Shown here in pieces: positions 1-8,953 of a stretch of DNA of 32,000 nt. Position 1 is the first letter of the stretch; each line of letters opens with the position of its first letter. Made by a program: the position numbers and the translations under genes. A model generated the notes under the pieces. It saw only the letters and a list, made by a program, of their open reading frames with translations, made no database searches and was not told the DNA's origin. Source of the stretch: Opitutales bacterium (GTDB taxonomy: Bacteria; Verrucomicrobiota; Verrucomicrobiia; Opitutales; PNEW01); the NCBI GenBank assembly GCA_965219535.1, contig CBDCNV010000002.1:210001-242000 (forward strand), read 5' to 3'.

Positions 1-1
1 T

Positions 2-1750
2 GGACTCGGTTGTATGCTCGGGATGAAAGGCGAACGCAAACCTTTACCCTTCATTGAAGATGCTGCTGTCCCGGTTGAGGTGCTGCCTGAGTATATCGAA
101 AAGGTGCTTAAAATATGTGAAAAACATGAAACGCCGGTTATCATGTATGCGCATGCCAGTGTCGGGCTTATCCACGTACGCCCTATTCTCGATTTACGAA
201 AACAAGAGGATATTGACCGTATGAAAGGCATCGCAGACGATACATTTGAGCTCGTTAAATTTTATGGAGGTTCCTGGAGCGGCGAGCACGGCGACGGACG
301 CGTTCGCAGTGCCTATCTGGAACGCTTTTATGGCTCTCAAATTTTTCAGCAATTTAAAGAGATTAAAAATCTCTTTGACCCCCAAGGGCTGATGAACCCG
401 GGTAATATTGTCGATGCATTGCCCATGGATCATCACCTTAGATTTGGCACGAGTTATAAACCCAGCGAGCACAAGGGTCATTTTAAATTCCGCGACGATG
501 GCAATTTCTTTGAAGCCGTGCACATGTGTAACGGTGTGGGTGCCTGTCGGAAGAAAAATGTCGGCACCATGTGCCCCAGCTATATGGCGACCCTCGACGA
601 GGAACATACTACCCGTGGCCGTGCTAACGCCTTGCGTCTCGCGATGAGTGGGCAACTAGGCCCTGACGGGATGACGAGTGAGCGGCTGCATGATGTTCTC
701 GACCTTTGCCTCTCGTGCAAAGCCTGTAAATCCGAATGTCCGAGTAATGTCGATATGGCCAAGCTTAAGAGCGAATTTTTGCAGGGATATTATGATAAGC
801 ATGGATTGAAACTGATCGATCGTTTGATTGCCGCCTCATCCAAAGCAGCGAAATTTAATTCCGGACTGCTTGCACCACTCGTTAACGCGGTACAGGGTAC
901 TTTCATTTTTCGAAAAATCCTCGAATGGCTGACGGGTATTGATGCCCGGCGTAAACTGCCTGAATTTACCAGTGAACCCTTTACCAAATGGTTTCAAAAG
1001 CATAACCAAAATAATGGAAAGGGAAATAAAACGAAACGCGTCGTCCTTTTTAATGATACCTATATCAATTATCACGAACCCCATATTGGGCGCGCGGCTA
1101 CTGAACTGCTCGAATCTTGTGGCTACGAAGTGATCCTTGCCCAGGCCGGTTGTTGCCAGCGACCAAGAATTTCTCATGGTCTGCTTGAACTGGCTAAACG
1201 AGACGGGCTCAATACCCTGCGCTCGCTCGATAAATTTATAAAAGAGGGATTGGATGTTGTCATATGCGAACCAAGTTGTGCGACGGCAATGATTGATGAC
1301 CTTCCCGACCTTATTGATGACGAAGAACTCGGAAAGCGAATAAAAGAGCATGTTACAATGATTGACGTCTTTATCGCGCGCGAAATTAAAGCGGGATATA
1401 TTTCTCCAGATTTCAAATCTCCCAGTAAAGACATCCTGATTCATGGGCACTGTCATCAAAAAGCTGTCTTTAGCACTTCCGCAATGAAAGATGTTCTCGG
1501 GCATGTCAATGGATTGAAGGTTAACGAAATTAATTCCGGTTGTTGTGGGATGGCGGGGGCCTTCGGTTATGAAAAGAAGCATTATGATCTTTCGCAGAAA
1601 ATAGGCGGAGAGAGGCTCTACCCGGCTATTCGCAATCGCGATGAAGAGACTACGGTTGTTGCCTGCGGTTTCAGCTGTCGTCACCAAGTTCTCGATGCCT
1701 TTGGCTTCACACCCAAACACTGGGTAGAAGTCGTAAGGGGAAAAAAGTAA
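2..1750 (+). CDS. FAD-linked oxidase C-terminal region fused to 4Fe-4S and CCG cysteine-rich domains (YdiJ / GlcD-GlcF-fusion-like oxidoreductase). The 5' end lies outside the window.
   Basis: The frame is open from the window edge. GEHGDGRVRS resembles the FAD-oxidase C-terminal domain. There are two ferredoxin-type Cys clusters (CNGVGACRKKNVGTMCP, CLSCKACKSECP) and two CCG-type motifs (CEPSCATAM, CCGMAGAFG). TAA stop at 1748-1750. Confidence 0.85.
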   Translation, partial: GLGCMLGMKGERKPLPFIEDAAVPVEVLPEYIEKVLKICEKHETPVIMYAHASVGLIHVRPILDLRKQEDIDRMKGIADDTFELVKFYGGSWSGEHGDGRVRSAYLERFYGSQIFQQFKEIKNLFDPQGLMNPGNIVDALPMDHHLRFGTSYKPSEHKGHFKFRDDGNFFEAVHMCNGVGACRKKNVGTMCPSYMATLDEEHTTRGRANALRLAMSGQLGPDGMTSERLHDVLDLCLSCKACKSECPSNVDMAKLKSEFLQGYYDKHGLKLIDRLIAASSKAAKFNSGLLAPLVNAVQGTFIFRKILEWLTGIDARRKLPEFTSEPFTKWFQKHNQNNGKGNKTKRVVLFNDTYINYHEPHIGRAATELLESCGYEVILAQAGCCQRPRISHGLLELAKRDGLNTLRSLDKFIKEGLDVVICEPSCATAMIDDLPDLIDDEELGKRIKEHVTMIDVFIAREIKAGYISPDFKSPSKDILIHGHCHQKAVFSTSAMKDVLGHVNGLKVNEINSGCCGMAGAFGYEKKHYDLSQKIGGERLYPAIRNRDEETTVVACGFSCRHQVLDAFGFTPKHWVEVVRGKK

Positions 1751-1916
1751 TGTCGCTAAGATAAAGACGCGGCCACGACGGAGCGACATCTTCCATTCCA
1801 GGCGAATAGTCAATGTGATTACAAATACCAGTCTCCGATCAATAAATATGTGCATCTTATTGTATAATGTAGATCGGCATTCGTCTACTGAGCGAAGCCT
1901 TGCATTCAGGGACTGC

Positions 1917-1978
1917 GAATACGCAACAGACATTCCCCTGGATTGCTTCGTCGCTTCACTCCTCGCAATGACAATAGG
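1917..1978 (+). repeat. Dispersed hairpin repeat, copy R1 (GAATACGCAACAG..CCCCTGGATTGC-N-CCTCGCAATGACAA)
   Basis: Shares the ACGCAACAG..ATTCCCCTRGATTGC and CCTCGCAATGACAA blocks with the copies at 22039, 22123, 27358 and 27502. GATTGC/GCAAT can pair. The flanking GACGAAG(C) at about 1978 and 1998 complements GCTTCGTC inside the repeat. It lies between convergent genes. Confidence 0.75.
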
Positions 1979-2068
1979 GACGAAGAGGCGAACAAAGACG
2001 AAGCTTTAAGCTTATCTCTTCTATTCTACCGCTTGTTCGCATATTCGCTTCAACGCATTACGCATCTT

Positions 2069-2542
2069 CTATTTTGTCAGCCGCTCATTCACATAATGCT
2101 CAATGCGAAATTCAAATTCCTCACGTATAATTTCTTTGAGCTCAAAAGTATCTTCAAATGGGGGAAAGAATGTGTCCCCTTCAACTTCACGCTTAATTAC
2201 CGATAGATAGAGATCGGAACAGTGCGGTAGAGTCTGACGGTATATTTCCGCGCCCCCTAAAATCCAGATCTCTTTTTCTGATTCGATGCCCTCCAGTTCG
2301 TTGAAACTGTGAATAATCGTTACTCCCGGGATTTTCAAGGTCTGTTGACTGAGAACGATGTTTTCGCGGTTGGGAAGCGGTCGACCAATGGATTCAAATG
2401 TTTTACGGCCCATCACAATAACATGGCCCAGTGTATTTTCCTTCACCCACTTAAAGTCCTCAGGAATATGCCACGGTATCTTATTGCCGCATCCAATTAC
2501 TCGATTAAGCGACATCGCGGCGATCGCTTTATACGGTTTCAT
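2069..2542 (-). CDS. folA: Dihydrofolate reductase
   Basis: 157 aa. The N-terminal [46 protein letters not shown] is the classic DHFR signature. The ATG overlaps the thyA stop (ATGA). Confidence 0.92.
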   Translation of the reverse strand: MKPYKAIAAMSLNRVIGCGNKIPWHIPEDFKWVKENTLGHVIVMGRKTFESIGRPLPNRENIVLSQQTLKIPGVTIIHSFNELEGIESEKEIWILGGAEIYRQTLPHCSDLYLSVIKREVEGDTFFPPFEDTFELKEIIREEFEFRIEHYVNERLTK

Positions 2543-3339
2543 ACCGCAATCGGTGCTTTAATCAGGGGATGAGGATTGTAGTTATGAAGTTCAATATCCT
2601 CAAATTTAAAATCGCGTATATTTTTAATTGCAGAATTGAGCTTCACTTCAGGTAATGGCCGAAAATCGCGCGAGAGCTGTAGTTCCACCTGCTCGACATG
2701 GTTGGTGTAAATATGCAGGTCGCCAAAAGAATGGATGAATTCTCCCGGTCTGAGATCACAGAGTTGTGCGATCATCATCGTAAGCAGTGAATAGGATGCA
2801 ATATTGAATGGAACACCGAGAAATAAATCGGCACTGCGTTGGTAGAGATGACAACTTAAGGTTCGTTCATCGGTGTCGACATAAAATTGAAAAAAAGCGT
2901 GGCAGGGTAATAAGGCCATCTGGTCGAGTTCACCTACATTCCAAGCGCTGACTATATGACGCCGACTCGTAGGATCGGATTTAATCTGTTCAATGATGCT
3001 CTCGATCTGATTTATTGAACCGCCGTCAGGTTTGCGCCAGGCAGTCCACTGAACACCGTAGACGCGACCCAAGTCACCATTTTCGTCAGCCCATTCGTCC
3101 CAAATTCTAACCTTATTGTCGTGTAGGTATTTAAGATTGCTCTCCCCTTTGAGAAACCAAAGTAGTTCGTGAACGACGGATTTAAAATGTACTTTTTTCG
3201 TCGTTAGAAGAGGAAACCCTTCAGCTATATCATAACGGGATTGAGCACCAAATACGGAGTATGTTCCAACACCGGTTCGATCTTTTCGAAGCTTTCCTTT
3301 ACTCAGTACCCACTTAAGTAACTCGTGATATTGCCGCAT
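2539..3339 (-). CDS. thyA: Thymidylate synthase (ThyA type)
   Basis: Signatures: [12 protein letters not shown]...[12 protein letters not shown]..., [11 protein letters not shown] (catalytic Cys) and [17 protein letters not shown] chose the ATG at 3339 (MRQYHELL), which matches the usual ThyA N-terminus, rather than the ORF-track start at 3372. Confidence 0.93.
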   Translation of the reverse strand: MRQYHELLKWVLSKGKLRKDRTGVGTYSVFGAQSRYDIAEGFPLLTTKKVHFKSVVHELLWFLKGESNLKYLHDNKVRIWDEWADENGDLGRVYGVQWTAWRKPDGGSINQIESIIEQIKSDPTSRRHIVSAWNVGELDQMALLPCHAFFQFYVDTDERTLSCHLYQRSADLFLGVPFNIASYSLLTMMIAQLCDLRPGEFIHSFGDLHIYTNHVEQVELQLSRDFRPLPEVKLNSAIKNIRDFKFEDIELHNYNPHPLIKAPIAV

Positions 3340-3468
3340 TATTTTAGTAATATTCATAAACCACTTAATCAAGTCAATGGCATCCTTTTCCTAATTTTGC
3401 GTAGGCTCGTTTTGCCCTTTGGAAATAAGACTTGCCTGGGTATACCTATCTGTTATCCGGTAATTGCA

Positions 3469-4026
3469 ATGGGCAGGGCATTGAAGTATTACATCCTCTT
3501 AGCCCAAACTTTGATATTTTCTTCGATCTCTTTCGGGCAATTAAATGTTATCGATTACTCTCTAAAAGAATCACGGATTGGCCCGATGCGATTTCAAGGG
3601 GTGACGATTCGTAAACAAATTTCCCAGGCGGGTTTTTTTAACAATATAAACCGACCTGAACGTCAACTCAATAGGTCCCTTTTTAATTCGACTCAATTGG
3701 TTTATATTAACAGGAATGCAGCTCATCGGGGAAAAGCGAATAAGAAGAAAATCTTAAATTATCCCCAAATTTATTTTCTCAATGCGTTTAAGACGAATAA
3801 TAAAGCGAGTATTAAAAGAAATGCTCGATTATTGAGAAGGGGGGCTTTTTCGAAAGACAATTGCATAGCAGTTGTTACCCCGGATACCCGAAAGGCCAAT
3901 TTAATCGAGAATCTGGGTGGAATCTCGCTGCAAACCATAAATCGTTACAGCTTCAGGCAATCGCATGCTTTGGAGCCTGGCCTACCGGTACAAAATTTAG
4001 GTAGAAGTGCACACAAGACCCAGTAA
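3469..4026 (+). CDS. Hypothetical basic protein with a signal-peptide-like N-terminus
   Basis: An internal ATG at 3469 gives MGRALKYYILLAQTLIFSSISFGQ..., which is signal-like. The rest is N/K/R-rich with no recognisable motif. It is the only long ORF in a roughly 690-bp gap. The ORF-track start at 3325 overlaps thyA and is unlikely. Confidence 0.3.
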   Translation: MGRALKYYILLAQTLIFSSISFGQLNVIDYSLKESRIGPMRFQGVTIRKQISQAGFFNNINRPERQLNRSLFNSTQLVYINRNAAHRGKANKKKILNYPQIYFLNAFKTNNKASIKRNARLLRRGAFSKDNCIAVVTPDTRKANLIENLGGISLQTINRYSFRQSHALEPGLPVQNLGRSAHKTQ

Positions 4027-4064
4027 CGTTAAAGCCATCCGGATAACTTCATTAAATTCTGCAC

Positions 4065-4713
4065 ATGGCGACAATTAGAGTACTAACTTTTAATATGCAG
4101 TTCGGGCAGCCTTGTGATACAAAAGTACAGGACCCGCCGGTCGATATTGCAGGTACGATAAAAGAACTCAAAAAACATGATGTTGATTTTATCCTCTTGC
4201 AAGAAGTGGAAAAAGTGGAGCGGGAGAAAGGTCAGATCAATCCCCCTCCCAACTTTACCCGCATCGTGGAAGCATTGCCGGAGTTTGATTCTTACTTTTG
4301 TTATCCCCGTGCAGATGAACGCGAACTCCCATTCGGATTTGGCCTGGCATTATTATCAAAAACTGAATTAGTGGAGACCGTATCCATTGAATTACCTGCC
4401 CCGGATATAAAGTTCAGTTTTCATGGGAAGACGACTTCACCCACGAATCGACTTATTATCGGGGCAAAAACTTCATGTTTTGGTAAGGATATTCAATTAT
4501 ACAATACGCATTTACAGGCTTATTTTATGATTGGTTATTCAAGCGAGGACTATCCCCAGCAGCGTGAAATAGTCATCAATCAATTAAAGAATTCAAAGTT
4601 ACCGACTGTGATTGGTGGTGATTTTAACATTACTCCCGGAGAATCAACCGTAAAGCAGATAGAATCATTAGGTTTTCGCACTTCACAGAATGAATCCACC
4701 ACCTGGAAGCGTA
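4065..4713 (+). pseudogene. Endonuclease/exonuclease/phosphatase (EEP) family gene, 5' portion, interrupted by an IS element
   Basis: EEP-type N-terminus (IRVLTFNMQFG), LLQEVE and GGDFN motifs. The native sequence ends at ...TTWKR-M. The remaining ORF-track residues (VVTTKTGPLEKLVWDT) are read from the IS terminal repeat. Confidence 0.8.
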
Positions 4714-4780
4714 TGGTCGTGACCACGAAAACTGGTCCACTAGAAAAGTTAGTCTGGGACACCTAGAAAGGACTCAGACA

Positions 4781-5992
4781 ATGAAAGGCAAAAGATATAC
4801 AACCGAAGAGAAGATACGGATGCTGCGGCAGGCAGACAAAGGGAAAACGATCCTGGAAGTATGCCGCGAGAACAACATAAGCGAACAGACCTTCCACCGC
4901 TGGAAACGTGAACTTGGGATGATTGATGTCAACCAGGCCAAGCGGATGAAGGAACTCTTTGAAGGAGAACGCGCGGTTAAAGCGGATGCTGGCGGACAAG
5001 CTGCTGGGGATAGAGATTGTGCAGGAGACGCTCGAAAAAAAACTGTAAGCCCTGGGCACAAGCGGCAAGTGGCAGAGAGACTTGTGGCCCGGGGCCAGTG
5101 TTCGATACGTGGAGCGTGCCGATACTTTCACCTGCACCGCTCCACCTATGCGTATCGGGCGAAGTATCCTGATGCCTGGCTAACGAAACTGAAGGCGGCA
5201 GTAAGGCGGTTATCACGGCAATACGCGAGGTGGGGCTATCCGAAGATCACGAAGCTGTTGAAGGACGAAGGCTGGCAGGTGGGTAAACGGCTCGTGCAAG
5301 GTCTGCGACGTGAACTGGGCCTGGCGATCCCCCCACGCAAGCCAAGACGCCGGCGCAGGGGTGTCTCCACCGGGCTGCCGACGAAGGCCGAACATCCCGA
5401 CCATGTTTGGACCTGGGACTTTATCCACGATAAGACGGTCCGCGGTGGGAATCTCAAAATGCTCACCGTCCTTGACGAGTACACCCGCGAGTGCCGGGTG
5501 ATCCATGTCGATCGCCATATCAATGCGCAGAAGGTGCGCGGGGTCATGCAAAAACTGCTCGACCCTCATGGGCCGCCAAAATATATTCGCAGCGATAACG
5601 GTTCCGAGTTTATTGAAAAGGAATTGCGAACTTGGCTAACTGCGATGAAAATCAATACCCTCTATATCGAACCAGGAAGCCCTTGGCAGAACGGATACAT
5701 CGAATCGTTCCATGCCCGTTTTCGCGAGGAGTGTCTAAATCGTGAACAGCTGTGGACTTTGACCGAAGCCCGCGTGGTGATCGAAGATTGGCGCTGGCTT
5801 TACAATCATGTTCGACCCCACCGCAGCCTCGGCAATATTACTCCACAACGTTTCGCTCAAAACCTCAATACCGAAGGCTCGGGCTCCATTCGGGCTACGC
5901 CCTCATTGCGCCCAAGCCTTGACTTCCTCTACCAACTTAACTTCAACATTAACCTCTCCAGACTAACTCTCTCAGTGGACCAGTTTGTGTAA
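4781..5992 (+). CDS. IS3-family transposase (HTH plus DDE/rve) read as a single 403-aa ORF
   Basis: N-terminal HTH (KRYTTEEKIRMLRQADKGKTILEVCRENNISEQTFHRWKRE). DDE region: WTWDFIH, IRSDNGSEFIEK, GSPWQNGYIESFHARFREECL, YNHVRPHRSLG. The leucine zipper (NSLKENARLKRMLADKLLGIEIVQETLEKKL*) is encoded in the +1 frame at 4950-5048. Confidence 0.85.
   Translation: MKGKRYTTEEKIRMLRQADKGKTILEVCRENNISEQTFHRWKRELGMIDVNQAKRMKELFEGERAVKADAGGQAAGDRDCAGDARKKTVSPGHKRQVAERLVARGQCSIRGACRYFHLHRSTYAYRAKYPDAWLTKLKAAVRRLSRQYARWGYPKITKLLKDEGWQVGKRLVQGLRRELGLAIPPRKPRRRRRGVSTGLPTKAEHPDHVWTWDFIHDKTVRGGNLKMLTVLDEYTRECRVIHVDRHINAQKVRGVMQKLLDPHGPPKYIRSDNGSEFIEKELRTWLTAMKINTLYIEPGSPWQNGYIESFHARFREECLNREQLWTLTEARVVIEDWRWLYNHVRPHRSLGNITPQRFAQNLNTEGSGSIRATPSLRPSLDFLYQLNFNINLSRLTLSVDQFV
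5035..5042 (+). other. A8 run: candidate IS3-type -1 programmed-frameshift slippery site
   Basis: GAA AAA AAA CTG TAA in the zipper frame, against CGA AAA AAA ACT in the OrfB frame. The OrfB frame is -1 relative to the zipper frame, as in canonical IS3 OrfA/OrfAB. Confidence 0.5.
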
Positions 5993-6000
5993 CCCGACCA

Positions 6001-6120
6001 CGTATGTCCTATACAACGGACCACATATTTTATAATGAAAAAATGGAGCTGATCTCCAGTACCGTTAGCAATACCAAAGCTTCAGATCACAACGTTCTCA
6101 TTGCTGAACTCGAGCTTTAA
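6001..6120 (+). pseudogene. EEP family gene, 3' portion downstream of the IS (the second CGTA copy is 6001-6004)
   Basis: Reads (M)SYTTDHIFYNEKMELISSTVSNTKASDHNVLIAELEL*. DHIF and SDH are typical EEP C-terminal catalytic motifs. It is in frame with 4065-4713 once the IS and one CGTA copy are removed. Confidence 0.78.
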
Positions 6121-6408
6121 TTAATTCTCCGAGTTACGTATCTTATTCTTCTCCTCTTCTCTCTCGTCTTCAAGTCGGAGTCTTTCGTTGCTAATCTGCT
6201 TAGTGATATTTTCGGCTTCTTCAATTTCGCCTTTCAGCAGAGCTTCTTCGAGCTGCTTGTTTAAGAATATTTCACGCTCGGCCTTCTTGGCCTTATAGCG
6301 CTGGTCAATCTCAGAAAGGTCTTTTTTCTGTTCTTCTGTCAGCGGTTTAACGGCATCGGGGTCAGAGGCGTTTAGCCGTTCCATCGCGAGTTCATAGGCG
6401 CTTTTCAT
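6121..6408 (-). CDS. Small charged coiled-coil protein, hypothetical
   Basis: 95 aa and highly K/E-rich. It starts 12 nt downstream of the comEC stop, so it is probably co-transcribed. No recognisable catalytic motif. Confidence 0.5.
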   Translation of the reverse strand: MKSAYELAMERLNASDPDAVKPLTEEQKKDLSEIDQRYKAKKAEREIFLNKQLEEALLKGEIEEAENITKQISNERLRLEDEREEEKNKIRNSEN

Positions 6409-6420
6409 GACACTTCGTAA

Positions 6421-8082
6421 TTAATTAATAGGAATTGTCCCAAAGAAAATAATTAATAGTAGAATAACCGGTGGCAGCCAATAGGCAATACGGGAATTAA
6501 TATACTTTTTTGAGTGGGTAATTAAAAGGATGGTGAGAAGGATAAGCAAAGTAACAGGTCCCCAAAAATTTTCTCGAAACATAATGCGTCCATAAAATCC
6601 GGGAATTTGAACCGAGAAGTCGATCGATTTATTTATTAACCAGATTAGTAGCCAGGTGCCATGATTGAAAAATGCACTGATTGCGGTCAATTGGAGTAAC
6701 CCGAAGATGAGTGAAATCACGCCATTAATGATAATCAACGTGGCAATTGTGACGAGGAACATGTTTAATATTATAGCGCCGGGGTTGAATAGTTTAAAAT
6801 AGTAGATCGTTAATGGACTACTGATCAGGCTTGCGGATAAGCTGATCGCAAATAGGCCTGATAATGAATGGAGAACTTGATTAGGCAGGCGGTGGTACCA
6901 ACGGTGGCTCATTTCAGGTAGTCCCGTGAATAAGACTAGGCTGCGATTTAAGCGTTCCATTAGGGGTAGACCATAGAGCAATATCCCCGCTACTACGGCA
7001 TAGGAAAATTGAAATCCCGCATTCCAGAGTTGCCACGGATCGATGATTAAAACTATCAGCCCTGAAGCAAGAAGTGATGCAAAGGGTGAGGGTTGCCGGA
7101 AGAGCAGTTGGGAACTCCAGAAAAAAGCGACCATGATAAATGCTCTAACTGCTGATGGTGATGCTCCAGTAATTTCTACATATAAAAAAAGGATGAGTAG
7201 TCCGATCACAACTCGCGTATGATAGCTTAGACGCAAGAAAATCAAAATGTAGTTCAAGGTTAATGCAATGACGCCGACATGTAATCCGCTTACGGCAAAG
7301 AAATGCATCGTTCCGCTGATTTGAAATCGATTCTTTTGATCGGGCGTTAAAACATCTTTTTTACCGAGGAGCATAGCGGTGTACACTCTTGCCATTTCCG
7401 ATTGAGGTGAGCTGCCCTCCTCCAAAATGGATTGAAAAAAGTGACTTGTATTTAAGCACAGGCGATAAAAGGGATTTCCACTGTCTAATACCTCGGTAAT
7501 GCGACCTCGTTTTAGAATGAAAAAGACACCGATTCGATGAAGGTATTCTTCAAATTCACTGTTCAGCGATTCTTCATTGATGAAGCTAAGTATACCCCGG
7601 CTGCGAAAAATAGAACTTCGTATTAGAGGGCAATTCTTATCTTTGGCACTGAGTTGAAAATAAATTCTCTGTCCTTCGAGGTCGCTTAAATGTTTTGGGG
7701 CATGAATGACACGTGCGAGTCCTGTTATCTGGCCAAAGCGATCGGATTCATGGTAGATGCGTTCTCCAGACAGCGTCAATTTTGCCTCACGGACAGGGAG
7801 CTGGAGCCAAGCTGATGAGAATCGCTCGAGGCGGTGATTAAAATAGCTCCAGGCAATGAAAGTTCCGGCGGTTAGAAAAAAGATTGCCCATAGGAGGTGT
7901 GGATTTTTTTTCACCCTGTATGTCAGCCAGAGACCTATCAGGGCCAGCACCGTTCCCGAAATGCATAGGAACAGCGAGGCGTCATACCTGGCTGTATACC
8001 TTCCTAAAATGTACCCCCAAATAATCGGCGCTAGAAGCCAGACCAATGGCGCCCTGCATTTGACAAGGAGGTCAGCCCCCAT
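6421..8082 (-). CDS. ComEC/Rec2-family integral membrane protein (no metallo-beta-lactamase domain)
   Basis: FQISGTMHFFAVSGLHVGVIA matches the ComEC competence-domain signature. Many hydrophobic helices. I preferred the ATG at 8082 (MGADLLVK...), which overlaps the thiD stop by 11 nt. The 8157 start would overlap thiD by 86 nt. Confidence 0.78.
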   Translation of the reverse strand: MGADLLVKCRAPLVWLLAPIIWGYILGRYTARYDASLFLCISGTVLALIGLWLTYRVKKNPHLLWAIFFLTAGTFIAWSYFNHRLERFSSAWLQLPVREAKLTLSGERIYHESDRFGQITGLARVIHAPKHLSDLEGQRIYFQLSAKDKNCPLIRSSIFRSRGILSFINEESLNSEFEEYLHRIGVFFILKRGRITEVLDSGNPFYRLCLNTSHFFQSILEEGSSPQSEMARVYTAMLLGKKDVLTPDQKNRFQISGTMHFFAVSGLHVGVIALTLNYILIFLRLSYHTRVVIGLLILFLYVEITGASPSAVRAFIMVAFFWSSQLLFRQPSPFASLLASGLIVLIIDPWQLWNAGFQFSYAVVAGILLYGLPLMERLNRSLVLFTGLPEMSHRWYHRLPNQVLHSLSGLFAISLSASLISSPLTIYYFKLFNPGAIILNMFLVTIATLIIINGVISLIFGLLQLTAISAFFNHGTWLLIWLINKSIDFSVQIPGFYGRIMFRENFWGPVTLLILLTILLITHSKKYINSRIAYWLPPVILLLIIFFGTIPIN

Positions 8083-8911
8083 GCCCGATAAAAGACTGAT
8101 CTTGAAGACACCGCGGTGAGCGCATACCTCTTTGCAGATAGGCATGAGCAGCCTCAACCGCTTGCTTCAATTGATTTCCTTTCGCGAGTTCAGCCGCAAT
8201 AGCTGCTGATAATGTGCAGCCACTGCCATGCGTGTTGATTCCTTTTATTCGTTTGCAATTAATCTCAGTCACCGAGCCATCCGTTTCATAGAGAATGTCA
8301 ACGATCTCCTCACCCTCCATATGGCCACCTTTAACCAGAGCAGCAGACTGATATTCATTAACCAGGTCTTCGGCCGCTTGAATCATGCTTTTCCTATCGG
8401 TAGGTCGCTTTCCAAGTAGTACATTCACTTCATCGAGGTTGGGTGTAGTTACAGTGGCTAGAGGCAAAAGCTTATCTTTTATGGCCTGTACTGCGTCCGG
8501 GTGTAAAAGCTCGGCACCACTCGTAGCCACCATCACCGGGTCGATAACCGCGGCAATTTTTCGGTGTTCCTGAAGAAAACTTGCAACAGCCATAATTATA
8601 TCTACGTCAAATAACATGCCCGTCTTTAGGGCATTAAGGGGAAAATATTTTTTAACCTGCTTTATTTGCTCGAGGACAAAGGCGGGGCTCATCACTTCAA
8701 TTGCTGCTACCCCGTCTGGATTTTGTGCGGTCAGACAGGTGATCGCCGAGGTTCCAAAGACTTTGAGGCCGCAAAAAGTAAGAAGATCTGCCTGGATTCC
8801 GGCTCCCCCTCCGCTATCAGAGCCCGCCACGGTCATCGCGATGGGAAGTGGTTGGATAGGCGAAGACCGGACTTCAGCTTCAGTCTTCATAGACTGATTG
8901 ACTTTAATCAT
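8072..8911 (-). CDS. thiD: Hydroxymethylpyrimidine/phosphomethylpyrimidine kinase
   Basis: Classic ThiD motifs: [31 protein letters not shown] and [19 protein letters not shown]. The start is uncertain; alternative ATGs lie at 8890 and 8836. Confidence 0.9.
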   Translation of the reverse strand: MIKVNQSMKTEAEVRSSPIQPLPIAMTVAGSDSGGGAGIQADLLTFCGLKVFGTSAITCLTAQNPDGVAAIEVMSPAFVLEQIKQVKKYFPLNALKTGMLFDVDIIMAVASFLQEHRKIAAVIDPVMVATSGAELLHPDAVQAIKDKLLPLATVTTPNLDEVNVLLGKRPTDRKSMIQAAEDLVNEYQSAALVKGGHMEGEEIVDILYETDGSVTEINCKRIKGINTHGSGCTLSAAIAAELAKGNQLKQAVEAAHAYLQRGMRSPRCLQDQSFIGHGG

Positions 8912-8953
8912 TCACCCCTTGCAAGCAAGCTTAGATATGCTCATATTCAATTG

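Larger units (their letters stand above)
4714..6000 (+). mobile_element. IS3-family insertion sequence (1,287 bp), apparently complete
   Basis: Imperfect terminal inverted repeats of about 43 bp, starting TGGTCG... and ending ...CGACCA. A 4-bp direct repeat CGTA lies at 4710-4713 and 6001-6004. The element encodes HTH, leucine-zipper and DDE (rve) transposase modules. It is visibly more GC-rich than the flanks. Confidence 0.9.

Noticed and set aside
194-1933. Long antisense ORFs (194-655, 580-762, 836-1933 at 365 aa, 1174-1434) opposite the oxidoreductase gene
   Set aside because: They fully overlap a gene with clear FAD-oxidase, 4Fe-4S and CCG motifs. They have no recognisable motifs and show low-complexity composition, so they are shadow ORFs.
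1943-2206. ORFs containing PRNDN or LLAMT peptides (1815-2009, 1943-2206, 27170-27400, 27425-27616)
   Set aside because: The shared peptide motif is simply the translation of the CCTCGCAATGACAA repeat block. The ORFs span intergenic repeats or run antisense to folA, so they are not genes.
4763-5569. Minus-strand ORFs inside the IS element (4763-5137, 4977-5216, 5213-5569, 5236-5547)
   Set aside because: These are antisense shadows within a GC-rich transposase gene that has clear HTH and DDE motifs on the plus strand.
8666-8953. The N-terminal 96 codons of the ORF-track rarA ORF
   Set aside because: This stretch is antisense to thiD and has no RarA-like sequence. The first ATG after thiD (8954) gives a normal-length RarA.
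8912-8953. A TPP riboswitch upstream of thiD
   Set aside because: The divergent thiD/rarA spacer is only about 42 bp, which is too short for a THI element.
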